Assembly: GCA_951406725.2 (NCBI GenBank)
Contig: OX597831.1
Coordinates: 71,672,001 to 71,736,000, forward strand
Length of the DNA stretch: 64,000 bases
From: Octopus vulgaris
Lineage: Eukaryota
Reading direction: 5' to 3'
The notes under the pieces are model-generated. The model made no database searches and was not told the DNA's origin. It saw only the letters and a list, made by a program, of their open reading frames with translations. Position 1 is the stretch's first letter. Every line of letters begins with the position of its first letter. The translations under genes and the position numbers were made by a program. This document shows, in pieces, positions 26,092 through 41,291 of the stretch.

Positions 26092-28426
26092 GATACACCT
26101 GTGTGCGCGTGTGTATGTGCGCGCGCACGTGCTCCTTTGTTTCCGTGTTTGTTGCACTTCTCACACTGCCTGACAGCCTGAGTTCGTTTGCATATATCTC
26201 TGTAAGCGAGGGGTTCGGCAAAAATGACCAATAGCATAAATTACGAGTCCTATATAAAAAAAAATGTTTTCGGAACGATCTGTTCTTCCAAAATACACCT
26301 TCAAGGCAGAGTCTAAGCAGTCCAATGAGCGAAACTAGAAAACTAAAAAAGATAAGGAGACCCTTTCTTTCGTAAAGTGTAAAGACAAGATCGTACTGGT
26401 AATAATTATTTGACACGACACGGAATGAAAGTAAAATTGACCCCAGCGTAAAGGAACCAAACACAACACTGTTAGACAATCAATAAGGAGTGATGCTATT
26501 ATTTCTCTGCATCGTCTTATGAAAATATGGTGTCCGTAAATTACCTTTGCAATTTGGGGTGTACATAATTGTAAAGATAATTTATGGACAACTAAACTTT
26601 CTTACAAATAGTTTGAGCGGTGAAAAGTTTCATGGTATTATTTGTATATTATTCGTTCGAATTTTCACCAGCTCTTGAATCGATGAAAAGCAAACTTAAC
26701 ATTGGTGGAATTTAAACTCAGGAGTTTATCTTCACTTTTATCTTTTACGTGTTTCTGTCAGTGGACGGCGGCCATGCTGGTGCACTGCGTTGAATGACTT
26801 AGTTGAATAAATCGACCTCATTGCTTATTTTTAAGCTTAGTATTTATTCTATCGCTCTCATTTTGCTGAACTGCTATGTTACAGGGGTGTCAACAAGCCA
26901 ACACCAGTTGTCAAGTGATGGCTGAGATACGCATTCAAGTAAAGGATAAAAGAAATATATGGTGGCAATTATTTTTTTTTGTTTTTTTTTTTCAGAGGGA
27001 GTTTCCATTAGTCAACTCATTTTGTTATTAGCAATTAATTGGCTCGCTAGCACTTGAGGTTTAAAAATAGCTGACCTAAGCAGCTTTTGAACTTAAACTG
27101 AGAATTAGAAAAGTTTTTGTTAAACGGAGCATCAAAACAAAAAGAAAAAGAGTGATGAAAATTTTGACTTCAAATTTATTCTGTGACCACAATTTACAGA
27201 AATATACAAAGTTTTTTTTTTGTTCTGTCACATTTATTCAATGACCTTGCAACGGGTTGACATTTGAAGTCAGTAGAAAATATGAACAAACTTGCGATTA
27301 TTGTCAATACTGTACAAACTTGTTATAGAAGCTATGTCATCTGTCCACGAGATGGGAGTAGCAATGGGTGTGTCTGCTGTCAACGAGAGAAAGTAGCACA
27401 ATAAAAGGTAACTAACACCCTTTAGACGGCTGTAGGCACTAAATTTTTTTTTCTAATGTTGACCCAAGACCAGCAGTTTTGAGGTGAAGAAGGTCGACCC
27501 TATCGACCCGAGGGCTCAATTGGTACTCATTTTATCGACTTCGAAAGGATGAAAGGCAAAATCGATACCGTCGGAACTTGAATGTAAAACTGGAAGAAAT
27601 GTCACAAGGCATTTTGTCCGGCATGTTATCGTTTCCGCCAGCTCGCCGCTTTAGAAGGCACTAAATAAAAATAGTAGACGTGTGGCGTCAGTGATAGTAG
27701 ACGTGTGAAATATTTCAAAAGATAGCACCAGCAGCAGATGGGTAAAATGTTTGGTAATAAATGCATCAAATATTCACTAAACAGCAGTAGTGACCATTTA
27801 AATGTCCTTCGTCAATCGACAATTAACCAGTCCATTGACCGGTCGGTGTCAGCAGTTGTAGATGAGTAAAATTTCTGATGGCACTGATAATAATATGATC
27901 TGCGGAACTCACTATCCGATAGATGGCGTTATGTGTCACTGACCTGTGAGAGGATGTAACCATCTATTTGATAGCTAGCACAGCATTAGTTGATAATGTG
28001 TCAAATGCCACGTAAATGGCAGTATAGAAGAAAATGCGTCGTATGTTCGATAAATATCGATAATAATAGTAGTAGTAATAGTGATAAGATGATGCGGCGA
28101 ATGTTCGATAAATGGCAGGAACAATAATCTTTTTAAAGATAGATGGCACTAATGGTAGATATTATGTGATAGTTGGCATTAGTAGTAGATTATCTGAATA
28201 GCGTCCGACAGGTGGCAGTAGCTATAGATAATGCATCAACTGTCCAGTAGCTGGCAAAACAGAAATCTCTAGATGTCGTATAAGAATGGTGTGTGTGAGT
28301 AAATGTATGTGTTTTTCTGTACGCCGGCGCGCGTGTGTGTGAGCGTAAAATAATTTTGGGGATTTCAGTCTGAAGGAGGATGGGATACCGTTTTCCAGCT
28401 TTTGTACTGAATTGAAATGACCGTTC

Positions 28427-28495
<69 letters not shown>

Positions 28496-28907
28496 TGTGT
28501 GTGTGTATGCGTGTATGTATGTTTCCATTAATCAGTTCTGCCAGGTTATCCATTCTGTTTCCATTAAATAATGAATAGTTGATAATGCAATTTTTACAGA
28601 GGAAGTTTTCCTGTTTCTGTTCTGTAGCTTTTTTTTTTAGCAGAACATATAAAGGAATCGTTAATTCAAACTTTTGGTCCACAATCGAAGAAAAATCAAG
28701 CTAAAACCAATTCTATGAAACCAAATCTATGAAAGAACAACCACAGTTCTGTAAAAGATGAATAAGGAATTATAGATCTTTGTATGTAACGAACAGGGAA
28801 GTTCGTATTCCAGACGATCTGGAATGCCAAGATTTTTTCCGGTAATGAAGGATGAACATTTTACGAAGAGAAATTTGATGAATTTCAAAAATGTCAAATT
28901 TTTATTT

Positions 28908-30059
28908 TCATGGATTGTTTTTGCAGCAACACGCACCAAAGATGTTATCCAATAAAATAAAAAGTTCTTTCCGAAAGCGGAGATTGAAAATACCATAAAT
29001 AAATGGATTGATTGCATTGTTGAAGAAGTAAGAACGAAATGATAGATTGTAGAGAACGTCTCCTGTGGTGCCAAGTGAAGTTCGGAAGTCTTCGACGACA
29101 ATTTCACATGTGACCATGACCAGATGAGGTAAATAGCTAACAATCCATAGTAATGTAATGAGAAACATAATAACAGTGGTCCTTGATACTCTCACTGAAT
29201 TTGACTGTCGATGGTCGACTGGACTGCTCATGGGACGGGTTATCTTCTGGCGGGACTGCTTGTGCAGTTTCAGGTCATCCTCCACATTGTCACTGCTGGA
29301 AGAAATAGCAGCGGACATACGGTCATTGGATGGATGCGTAAAAACCACTTTTTGTATTCTTCCTTGATTCTTCTTCTTATGCCTCCACACATAAATTCCG
29401 ATGAGAAAGTACAAAGTCATCAAAACCACAAATACAGCAAAGCAGGTTACCAGTAGAGAACAGTAGTAGGCTAAGGGATATATTGTGTCTTTTAAACCTT
29501 CAGCAATTGAGCATTCTTCGCCAATAATTCCACTGATACGGGTTGGGACTCTTTGTTTACCAAAAACCAAAAATGCTGGTGTCGCTAACAATATTGACGA
29601 AAACACCAACACTGCTGACGCAACTTTTGCTGAACGACGCGAAAAATGTCTACCAAGTGGACGACAAACGCGTAAATATCTATCAACGGATATAACAAAT
29701 ATAATTAAAGCTGATGTGATTGTTCCCACAGCCACAATAAAACGTATCAGGCGACATGCTATGTCACTGTGAAAGGTCAAAGGGAATCGTAGACCGACGA
29801 TTTCAACTGGCATAGAAATTAAACAACTGAGTAAGTCACAAGCGCTAAGAACGGCTACGAACAAATTTGTCGCCGTTTTCTCCAATTTGCAGTAATATAT
29901 ATAAGATACAGCGCTGTTCCCGATTGCTCCAAATAGCATAGAAATACCGACATAAAAAATTACAGGTAAATACGTGTCTGCTTTTTCATCATTTAACACT
30001 TGTAGGATATTGGCAGAGCTGTTAATACTAATGTTAACTGCCATTTTCATCGTATGCAT
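28908..30059 (-). CDS. Class A GPCR, paralog of the 16485-17588 gene; first in-frame ATG at 30059 (the track's start at 30089 is TTG)
   Basis: FGAIGNSAV, TNLFVAVLSACDLL, SVDRYLRVCRP, GEECS, WIVSYLPH, NNAINPFIYG, FRKEL, and a C-terminal CCC (candidate palmitoylation). Colinear with the first GPCR. Alternative ATGs at 30050 and 30044. Confidence 0.95.
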   Translation of the reverse strand: MHTMKMAVNISINSSANILQVLNDEKADTYLPVIFYVGISMLFGAIGNSAVSYIYYCKLEKTATNLFVAVLSACDLLSCLISMPVEIVGLRFPLTFHSDIACRLIRFIVAVGTITSALIIFVISVDRYLRVCRPLGRHFSRRSAKVASAVLVFSSILLATPAFLVFGKQRVPTRISGIIGEECSIAEGLKDTIYPLAYYCSLLVTCFAVFVVLMTLYFLIGIYVWRHKKKNQGRIQKVVFTHPSNDRMSAAISSSSDNVEDDLKLHKQSRQKITRPMSSPVDHRQSNSVRVSRTTVIMFLITLLWIVSYLPHLVMVTCEIVVEDFRTSLGTTGDVLYNLSFRSYFFNNAINPFIYGIFNLRFRKELFILLDNIFGACCCKNNP

Positions 30060-30117
30060 TGACTTTCGAGAAATGAACTGCTTTTCCAACTTTTGAAGAT
30101 GGCCTTTGGATTTTCAT
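30034..30117 (-). promoter_or_regulatory. uORF MKIQRPSSKVGKAVHFSKVNAYDENGS*, out of frame and overlapping the GPCR 2 start codons
   Basis: ATG at 30117, TAA at 30036-30034; homologous to 17629-17688. Confidence 0.55.
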
Positions 30118-30135
30118 AGGGTTCTGGGATATTTT

Positions 30136-30160
30136 CTGAAAAGACAAAAGAAAATTGATT
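30136..30160 (-). promoter_or_regulatory. Probable 3' splice acceptor of a 5'UTR intron of the second GPCR
   Basis: Minus strand reads aattttcttttgtcttttcag|aaaat: a polypyrimidine tract plus CAG, ~76 nt upstream of the first ATG. Confidence 0.6.
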
Positions 30161-30254
30161 TATAAATATTGCAATTTTAGAAAGAAAGTTTTCGTTTCTT
30201 ATTGGAAGAATTAAAAATCGATATCAGAGTTAAATAAAAATAGTTAAAGTTGTG

Positions 30255-30316
<62 letters not shown>

Positions 30317-31439
30317 GGCAATTCAGAAAATTGATTTAATATCGGACATTTAACCGAGAGATCGGCAGTTCGTGTTCTGCTACCGAAACTACTCTACAAA
30401 TTCACAACGACCCAAATCAATAAACTTTCATACAAAACTCCGAGCAAAAAAGAGACCCTCTATGTGGTCAGTTAACATGGTAGAAGTATCAGCCAAATAA
30501 TCCTCAAATCACACCAAATCGTCTTTTAAGAAAATGAAGGAAACATTTAGAAAATGTGTTTGATATTCTATACACATTGGATAGTAGTTTAAAACTACAT
30601 TGGATTATATAGTTCCAAATACACTATGTGGGAAAAGAAAGACGTGACGATCTGCTCGATCGGCATGACTTTCACATAAATACCAATACACCTAGCCAAG
30701 AAAGAAGATTCTATGAGTTCGCTTGACGGGTTAGAAATAGCAGCTAAATCAGCCTTGTACGGAACTTTATTTTCCTTTATTCGCTATTATTTGTTATTTT
30801 TATTGATTTGAAAGAAAGAACTACGTCCATAGTCTTTGCAGACTCTACCTCCAACCCAGACCGTTGAGATTGATATCGTTAATGTTCCTCTTAAAATGTT
30901 GTACCGTTGATGGTTACGGGGAGGAGAAACAAAAAGGCAGGGAAAAAATTCCAGAGGGTCGACGTTTGGGGAGGAAGAAGTGGTTAAGTGGTTATTTCAG
31001 GGAAAGAATGGGGACAAAATATGGGGAACGAAGAAAAGGAGAGCATAATTGGTGGAAAGTGTCTGACTTGAGTTATACTAAAGCAGTCAGTTTTGGGGAG
31101 CAGATGCCACACTAGTGATAGCTAAATACCTGCATGAGTGTGTCAAGTGGTCTTTTAAGGATGGATCAAAGATTCCTCTTTGTGCATCGACAGCACCGAC
31201 CCAAATGCAGGATCAGTGCTTAAGGGGTCTCTTTTGAGTTTTGCAAAATGCTTAGAAGTAGTTATGGATGAGGTATTTTGTGAATCCGCAGAAGGAAGAC
31301 AATAGTAAGATGAGAGTTTTTGCTATGTTGAGGACGTAAAATCACCAGAAATTCTCCATGTTGGTAAGTCCTCCTATTTGAAATTGAGAGATCATGCTGC
31401 ATGTTGTTTTTTTTTATATGTTCTGTGATTGTGCTTCAT

Positions 31440-31680
31440 TGTTGCAGGCCTATCTTTCTCACACCACGAAAGTCATTGAACGTATTATCAGAGGGACACA
31501 GATTCCATTCTAAGAAAATAGTGGAGTTGCTAAGTGATACACAGCAACGATTCTGTCCAGAAACAGTGTTACTTCATGTAGCATTATGACGGTGAATTTC
31601 AAAATTTAAAGAGCAACTCAATCATTCAAACATGGATGCCATGCATATCGACTTTACGAAGGCTTTCGATGAAGTTGAGG
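31440..31680 (+). mobile_element. Decayed CR1/L2-type reverse transcriptase fragment
   Basis: Remnants RPIFLT, KVIER, DTQQRFCP, HSNMDAMHIDFTKAFDEV (YRPISL...DFxKAFD motif). Confidence 0.65.
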
Positions 31681-32239
31681 GGAAAAAAGTAATAATTGCG
31701 AATGAGCTATTTTGTTCCCTTTTAGTCATTATTGGGTTGAGACTATACAGTTACCAGAAATCCCCAACGTTGGTGAGCCCCTGCATTTGAGGCGACCTTG
31801 AGGGATCTAGTTGAGTAATTGTGTCTCTTTGTTGTTGAAGAATGCAAAATTGGCTTACAAACATTGGCGGTTGCTCTCGAGCTTTCACTAGCGGATACTC
31901 AGCTAGCCTCATGCTCGGACGAAAATTCGTCGCCTCTGATATAGGAAACAATGAACAGAGCGTTCATTGATGTTGGGAATAGACTCCCGTCTGAAGAATA
32001 AATCCAGTATGAGGCGAAGAATTCACGTCCGAACATGCGGTGGCCTGCGAATAAGGTAAGACCCAGAGATTCTTAATATAGAAAACATGTAGTATTGCCC
32101 AAATGATTTGAACTTATACACTGAAATATTTATCGAGGTAAAGAGTAGCAATAAGAGGAATCCAGGTGAGATGATATGGAGATAAGGATGCAAATAAACA
32201 AATAAACACGCTTGAGCTTGATTTATAGAACATACATAC

Positions 32240-32292
<53 letters not shown>

Positions 32293-32306
32293 CACACACA
32301 CACACA

Positions 32307-32385
<79 letters not shown>

Positions 32386-32597
32386 ATATAGAGGGAGAAA
32401 CAAAAATAGAAGATATACGCTCCAGCCCACTCAACTGTAAAAGAGTAGCTTTGCGAAGGAACAGCCTTCCGATCAAGGGAAAGTGTTGACCTGGTAACCT
32501 AGCCAACGTGAAGCGCATCGTGACAAACGATGTATAACCACATCCGATAGTCTAGTCGATACCGTGATATGCATGTATCTTTCTCTCTCTCTCTTTA

Positions 32598-32632
<35 letters not shown>

Positions 32633-32781
32633 GGGATGTATGTATGGATGATTACATGTATGTGTATATGCATATGTATATGCATAGTGGAGTTGGTGAG
32701 TATTCAGGTGGGGATCTCAATACGTTAAGAGAGGAAATGGGAAGTGTCATGTTCACAGTTTTCCTCAAGAGTATTAGTGGA

Positions 32782-32841
<60 letters not shown>

Positions 32842-33254
32842 ACACACACACACACAGCTTTCCGATTGCTAGACAAGTATTTTCTCCTCTGTCAGTAATA
32901 AATCAAAAATTAGTTCAGTAAGGCGATACATTTTTTTCAAATACAAAATTAGAGAATGTTTTTATTACTAAACTGAAGATCATAAAATGGTACCATGGTA
33001 AGAGTACCGTTCATCATAGGATTTCAGTAATCACTACGTTTCAATAGTTATAGTGAAATGAAGGAATAGCACAAGTGTGTTCGTTTATTCGACGAATCAG
33101 TTGATCATTTATTTTCTCGTTGGTGCGTGAATATTTCATTCATATAAACTCACACGTTCACACATAGTAGAAATATACATGCATACTTAAATATACGCAT
33201 AAGCATACACACTCATATATATATATGTGTGTACATATATACATATATATATAC

Positions 33255-33662
33255 ATTGCTTGACAACCGATGGTGGTGTGTGTTTACGTCCCCGTCACTT
33301 AGCGGTTCGACAAAAGAGACCGATAGAATAAGTACTGGGCTTACAAAGAATAAGTCCCGGGGTCGATTTGCTCGACTAAAGGCGGTGCTCCAACATGGCC
33401 CAGTCAAATGNNNNNNNNNNNNNNNNNNNNNNNNNNNNNNNNNNNNNNNNNNNNNNNNNNNNNNNNNNNNNNNNNNNNNNNNNNNNNNNNNNNNNNNNNN
33501 NNNNNNNNNNGTCACTTAGCGGTTCGACAAAAGAGACCGATAGAATAAGTACTGGGCTTACAAAGAATAAGTCCCGGGGTCGATTTGCTCGACTAAAGGC
33601 GGTGCTCCAACATGGCCCAGTCAAATGACTGAAACAAGTAAAAGAGAGAGTATAAAGAGAGA

Positions 33663-33665
<3 letters not shown>
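33255..33665 (+). mobile_element. SINE A 3' half spanning the assembly gap
   Basis: Family match on both sides of the N run. Confidence 0.8.
33411..33510. other. Assembly gap (100 N)
   Basis: Run of n; ~117 bp of identical sequence on both sides. Confidence 1.
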
Positions 33666-33710
<45 letters not shown>

Positions 33711-33960
33711 TTCGTAAACAGGATCTAACTACAATCTAACTACAATCCAAGACACATTTCTGCTTTAAAATATTTGTAAGATCTGCACTAGAATTCGTTT
33801 GTCAAGAACAGAGGCTTGCTAGTCATATAAGATTTCGTGACAGCATTTATTAATTGTCAAGAAGTGGCAATCATCATGAATCAAAACAGTATGATTCAAA
33901 TACGTTGGGATTCCGAGTTTCAAGCGTGATGCTAATCTTCAGCCACTATGAACTTATATA

Positions 33961-34003
<43 letters not shown>

Positions 34004-34315
34004 GCACATGGCCTAGTAATTAGACCAGCGGACTCGCGGTCGAAAGATCGCGGGTTCGAATCTCAGACTGGGTGATGTGTGTGTATATGAGCTAAAGACC
34101 TAAGCAACACGCGGCTCCAGCAGAAGGTAATGGCAAACTTCTACTGATTCTTTCGCCACAACTTTCTCTCACTCTTTCCTCCTGCATCTAGCAGCTCATC
34201 TGAGAGGGACCGGCGTCCCGTCCAGGTGGGTAACTTATACGCCAATGAAAACGGGAAATCGTCCCTTATGAGCCAAGCATGGCTCGAGAAAGAACAGACA
34301 ACAACATATATATAT

Positions 34316-34388
<73 letters not shown>

Positions 34389-34397
34389 CAGATAGAT

Positions 34398-34428
<31 letters not shown>

Positions 34429-34437
34429 AAGAGAGAG

Positions 34438-34825
34438 AGTGGCTGTGTTATGAGAAGCTTGCTTCCCAAGCACGTTTCCGTGTTTAGGCCAACAGCATGA
34501 GACCTTGGGAAAGTACTTTCTCTTACTGTCTGGGGCCAACCAAAACCTTGTGTGTGGATATGGTAGAGGCAAGTGGAAAGAAACCTACTATATATATATA
34601 TATATATACGTGTATGCATGCATGCATTTGTGTATCTGTGTTTGTCCCCTCCAACATCACTTGACTACCGATGTTGGTGTGTTTACATCCAATAAGGGGC
34701 CGATAGAATAAGTACTAGGCTTACAAAGAATAATTCCTGTGGTCGATTTGTTCTACTAAAGGCGGTGCTCTAGCATGGTCGCAGTCAAATGACTGAAACA
34801 AGTAAGAGAGCAAAAGAATAAAAGA
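34438..34825 (+). mobile_element. SINE family A, diverged
   Basis: Family match. Confidence 0.75.
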
Positions 34826-35039
34826 TTATATATATAAACTTAGATAAAACTTAGATATGTTTCGACCAAAGATTGGTCCAGGCTATGTCTAAATTAATAG
34901 CACCACCTGATAGGATTATACGAATCCTGTTTAAGTCAAGTTTTGTTTAAGTCAAATTTTGTTCAAGTAGTGAGTTCTTGTTTGGGTGAGTTGTATCCAA
35001 TTATGGGTGGCTTATCTGGTACACACACACACATAGAGC

Positions 35040-35390
35040 CATTATCCTCTCGGCTTTACACTATGGTGTAAAACCATGGGCACTTTAGAAAACGCAAATC
35101 AAAAAGACCATAACCTTCGCCATGCGACATCTGAGACTTGCCATGTAATTGAAATAGTGGAAACATATCTTAAATTCCGAAAAGCTGGCTTTCAATTCAT
35201 GCACCATCAATTGAAGCCACGTTGTTAATCCTGTCGGTTATAGGCTCCCATAGAAAGTTGTTTTGTTGCTGGGAGATGACTATCGAAACATAGGTAGACC
35301 CAAATTCAGATTCAATGACAGTGTCAAGCAGAACCTAAAAGCAAAATCTAGCTATCCCAACCGTCAAATTGTCCCAGCCATCCGATGATC
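35040..35390 (+). mobile_element. Decayed RTE-type LINE C-terminal fragment
   Basis: GRPKFRFNDSVKQNLK, typical of RTE ORF ends. Confidence 0.5.
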
Positions 35391-35408
35391 GCTCTATCTG
35401 TCGATATA

Positions 35409-35641
35409 TATTTCTTTACTACCCACAAGGGGCTAAACATAGAGGAGACAAACAAGGACAGACATAAGTATTAAGTCGATTATATCGACCCCAGAGCGTA
35501 ACTGGTACTTAATTTATCGACCCCGAAAGGAAGAAAGGCAAAGTCGACCTCGGCGGAATTTGAACCCAGAACGTAACGGCAGACGAAATACGGCTACGCA
35601 TTTCGCCCGGCGTGCTAACGTTTCTACCAGCTCGCCGCCTT
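35409..35641 (-). mobile_element. SINE family B monomer with TSD
   Basis: 16-bp TSD TCTATCTGTCGATATA (35393-35408, 35643-35658). Confidence 0.9.
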
Positions 35642-36967
35642 ATCTATCTGTCGATATAATCGATAGAGAAGAGAAGGATGAATTATCAGGCATATGGTTT
35701 GATGGATGTTAAAATGAAATTTTTTAAACTCGAGCAAAACCGTCGCAGATATCTTTCCTCGTCAAGCGGTAAATTAGCTGGCAAATAAATAGAAGGCTTA
35801 ATGGGCTTAATAAGAAAATCCTAACTTTCTCACATGTTGGCGTTTTAAGTGTCTTCAATAGAACCTCTTCCGTTCCTCTGTGTTAGATAATCCCTTGCGT
35901 AGAAAGTGATTGTTCCTTCTTCACTAGCATATGACAATGATCTCCCACACACAAAAAGGATGCACACAGATACATGAGAGTGTATGCATGAGTGTGTATG
36001 CGTGAATGTGTGTGTGAACGTTTATGTAGATATGTGTGTGTATGGATGGATGGATGGATGGATGGATGGATGGATGGATTGATAGATGGATGGATGGATG
36101 GATGGATGGATGGATGGATGGATGAATGGATGGATGAACGGGTTATAATCCGAGCTGTGCTCTCATGAAGTACATCTGCTTATTCCAGTTTTCTAAAAGT
36201 ATATTCTTAGGTGTTACGATCCATATGAAAGTTGAAAACACTGGAGAATACTGTTAAGTGCTAGAAAGTATTTATTGCAGAGTGATTATATATTAAAACA
36301 GAAAACTGGAAGCCTTGGTATTTTTTACTTCATATTACATCTGTTTCTTTACCATCGCCATACATGTGCAGAACCACATAATAAATTTCTCATTAGTAAT
36401 TCATTAGATAGAGAATTTAAATAAATACAATTCTCTATGCAAAATTCTTGGACATGAGTTACTAGTGGAAGATTTCTTACAATTTTTTATTTTATTTACA
36501 CCGTTGTAACACCTGTTAGTAAAGAAAAATATATGGAATGGATAATACCAAAACTGTACAGTTTTCTAAATAAGTATGTGAGTGTGTGTGTGTGTGTGTA
36601 TGTATATGTGCATATAGTGTCGGGCTGAGAGAAGAATTCGAATTAATCGTGGTATAGACTAGTGCCCAGATATGTGGGACCTTAAAATTAAACTCCCTCA
36701 TCTACGGTTGGAGCTGGTTTGGAGGTTGAAAGACAGATCAACAAGAATAGGCTTAAAGCGTATCTTTGCATGGAATACACAATACTGAAAACAGAATGAA
36801 GAAACAAAGTAAACGAAATAAGTTGTGTAAAACTCTTATCCTGACAGCTGTTGCGTGAGCAACATCGCATATACAGCAACCACCTTCATACATAATAAAG
36901 AGCCATGATGTAGTAGTGTATGTGAGAAATTCTTTTTGATTCCTTAGTCGAAGATTGCCTATATATA

Positions 36968-37014
<47 letters not shown>

Positions 37015-37021
<7 letters not shown>

Positions 37022-37258
37022 ACAATTAGTTGGTTGTCATGATAAAACTCAGAGTCTCGGATGCCGGAGCTGCAGTCTGATCCGGCATCTCATCAGTTAT
37101 TTGTCTTAACTGATGAGATGCCGGAGCAGACTTCAGCCCCGGCATCCGAAATTCTGAGTTTTATTATGACAACCAGCTAATTGTCACATATTAGACATAT
37201 ATATATAAATTCCTCTACTTTACATAATATCGAGGTCTCGTTCGTTCTTTGGTTGTCA

Positions 37259-37260
<2 letters not shown>
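37015..37260 (+). mobile_element. Penelope-like terminal fragment with 5' inversion (177-bp palindrome) and hammerhead-like core
   Basis: Inverted arms 37015-37099 and 37107-37191; CTGATGA-GATGCCGG...CCGGCATC-C-GAAA at 37110-37151; flanked by (TA)n and (TTA)n. Confidence 0.65.
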
Positions 37261-37313
<53 letters not shown>

Positions 37314-38809
37314 TATAATTTTTGTACTTGGTTTGCAAGATCCTTCATATCAATTCCTGTGTTGAAGCATATTTTATTGTGTCTGGGAAGAGTCATTCTG
37401 TTTTAATACCTTATTGATTGACATATAAGATAAAATAAGAACATTAATAATCGAGTGAAGAACGAATATATATGTAGTGCGTCTGTTTATTTGGCAAGAA
37501 AAAAAGAAAAGAAAAGACAAAACAATCCAGAAAATATGACAATATCTGTTTGGACACACGGTTTCACAAATTCATAAACACAACGCTATCATTATTGGCC
37601 TAAATTTCTTCGTAACATTAGTATCACCTAATTAATGCATTAATTTCAACCAAATTAAACTGATAACCGCAACAAGCTGCAATTAGGGACTTGCAACTCA
37701 AACTCTCACAAACAAGCCAGAATTACAATTAACATGGCTAGAACAAAACAGGAGGGAAATAAAGGAAAAAAGAGAGAGCTAACAAAACTGCCCTTTTTTC
37801 AAAATTTGCTCAAAAACTACGCACAAATTTAGAAGTAACTGAAGTTGGTTTATTTGACCTTAAATCAAGATAGCAGACTTCTTTCTCTCTATTTCTGTCA
37901 TTGTTTCTCTCTTGCACTGTCCATCTCTATCTCTCTGTTAATGTCTCTCTTTCTCATACACGCATACACAATCTCCCTCACTCTCTCTCTCTCTTACTCA
38001 CTCTGTTACATACACACACATATGCACTCATACACACAATCACTCACTCACTCTCACTCACTCTATCACTCACACACACACACTCACCATCGCACTCTCT
38101 AACTCTCTCACACACACAAACTCACACACACACAGACATGTACGCAGTCTATCGCTCTCTTTCACAAAGAGACACTCTCTCTCTCCCTCTCTCCCTCTCT
38201 CACACACACACATACACACACACACACAAACACGTACACACTCACTTTTTCACACACACTGACTCTTACACACACACACTCTTTCCATTTTTCTCTTTCT
38301 CTGTCTCCCTGCAAATATATATATATGTGTGTATGTGTGCGTGTGCGTGTGTGTCTGTGTGTGTGTGTGTGTGTGTCTGTCTGTCTGTCTGTGTGTTTGT
38401 GTAGAGTAATTACACTAGCTTACGATCAAAGATCATAAATAAATGATCGTTAATTGAAACAATTAAGTCGGGTATTATCGTATGGCTATAACTGTGAAAG
38501 CAGAATTGTTGAGTCTTGAAGATAGAGAGGTAGAGCAATAACTGGGTGCTTTAAGTGCCGGTGATAGTGCCATGGAGGTGATTTGGGGGAGAAATTAATT
38601 ACCAGAGGAAGGAACCAAAATCGGCTGCTGTTACTTTCGGGTACATAAGTTTTGGTAAATTTCAGTTTTAATTACCTGCTTTTTTTTTTGCTTTTTACAT
38701 TTATATTATTGCTATTATCGTTGGATTTTAAACTGAGCTAATGTCTTCCACATCTGTTTAAAATACAACCTACACATTTATGTACGAGGATGTGAATGCG
38801 TGCGTAAAC

Positions 38810-40707
<1,898 letters not shown>

Positions 40708-40710
<3 letters not shown>

Positions 40711-41078
40711 GGGAAGCTTTATGAAAATAAACAAAAGACGAAGGCAGGTGGAAAACAAACGAACAATTGTATTAGTATGGCGCTCAGGAAATATAAATAA
40801 AACAAGTCTTTAACGTTTCGAGCCTACGCTCTTCAACAGAAAGATACACAGAGAGAAAAAACACAGAAAGAAGGAGAGAAAAAATGCGTGCAGTAGCTAA
40901 CGAATCAACATGGCGATCTGATTTCGGCCAGAGGTCAAAGATCAAACATGAGACGCGAGAGCGAAATAAGGGGAGATAATAGGGTTGATAAAAGGGTTGA
41001 GGGACCAGCTAATAGTGCGTAGGAGGGGTCTGGATGTGTGTATGTATAGGGTTGGTGTATGTATTAGTATGTATAAGG

Positions 41079-41090
<12 letters not shown>
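40708..41090 (-). mobile_element. Repeat family E, copy 2
   Basis: Contains acgtttcgagcctacgctctt; first ~85 bp nearly identical to 57840-57925; (TA)n on both sides. Confidence 0.65.
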
Positions 41091-41145
<55 letters not shown>

Positions 41146-41252
41146 GAGAGGGAGTGTGAGAGGGAGACTTTTGCTTATGTATATATATTATATTATATAT
41201 AGGTATACATATCCATACATATAGAGCAGAGCTATGTGCACGCGCACTTGTT

Positions 41253-41291
<39 letters not shown>

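Larger units (their letters stand above)
23912..26345 (+). mobile_element. Old SINE A split by ~2 kb of nested insertions
   Basis: Degenerate head 23912-24040 and degenerate 3' half 26130-26345. Confidence 0.55.

Noticed and set aside
33294-33630. Direct repeat on both sides of the N gap
   Set aside because: Identical SINE sequence flanking a fixed 100-N gap is most simply an unmerged contig overlap.
34850-34935. Hairpin GACCA-ATCTT-TGGTC followed by GAAAC on the minus strand
   Set aside because: Hammerhead-like 3' half, but no adjacent CUGANGA core.
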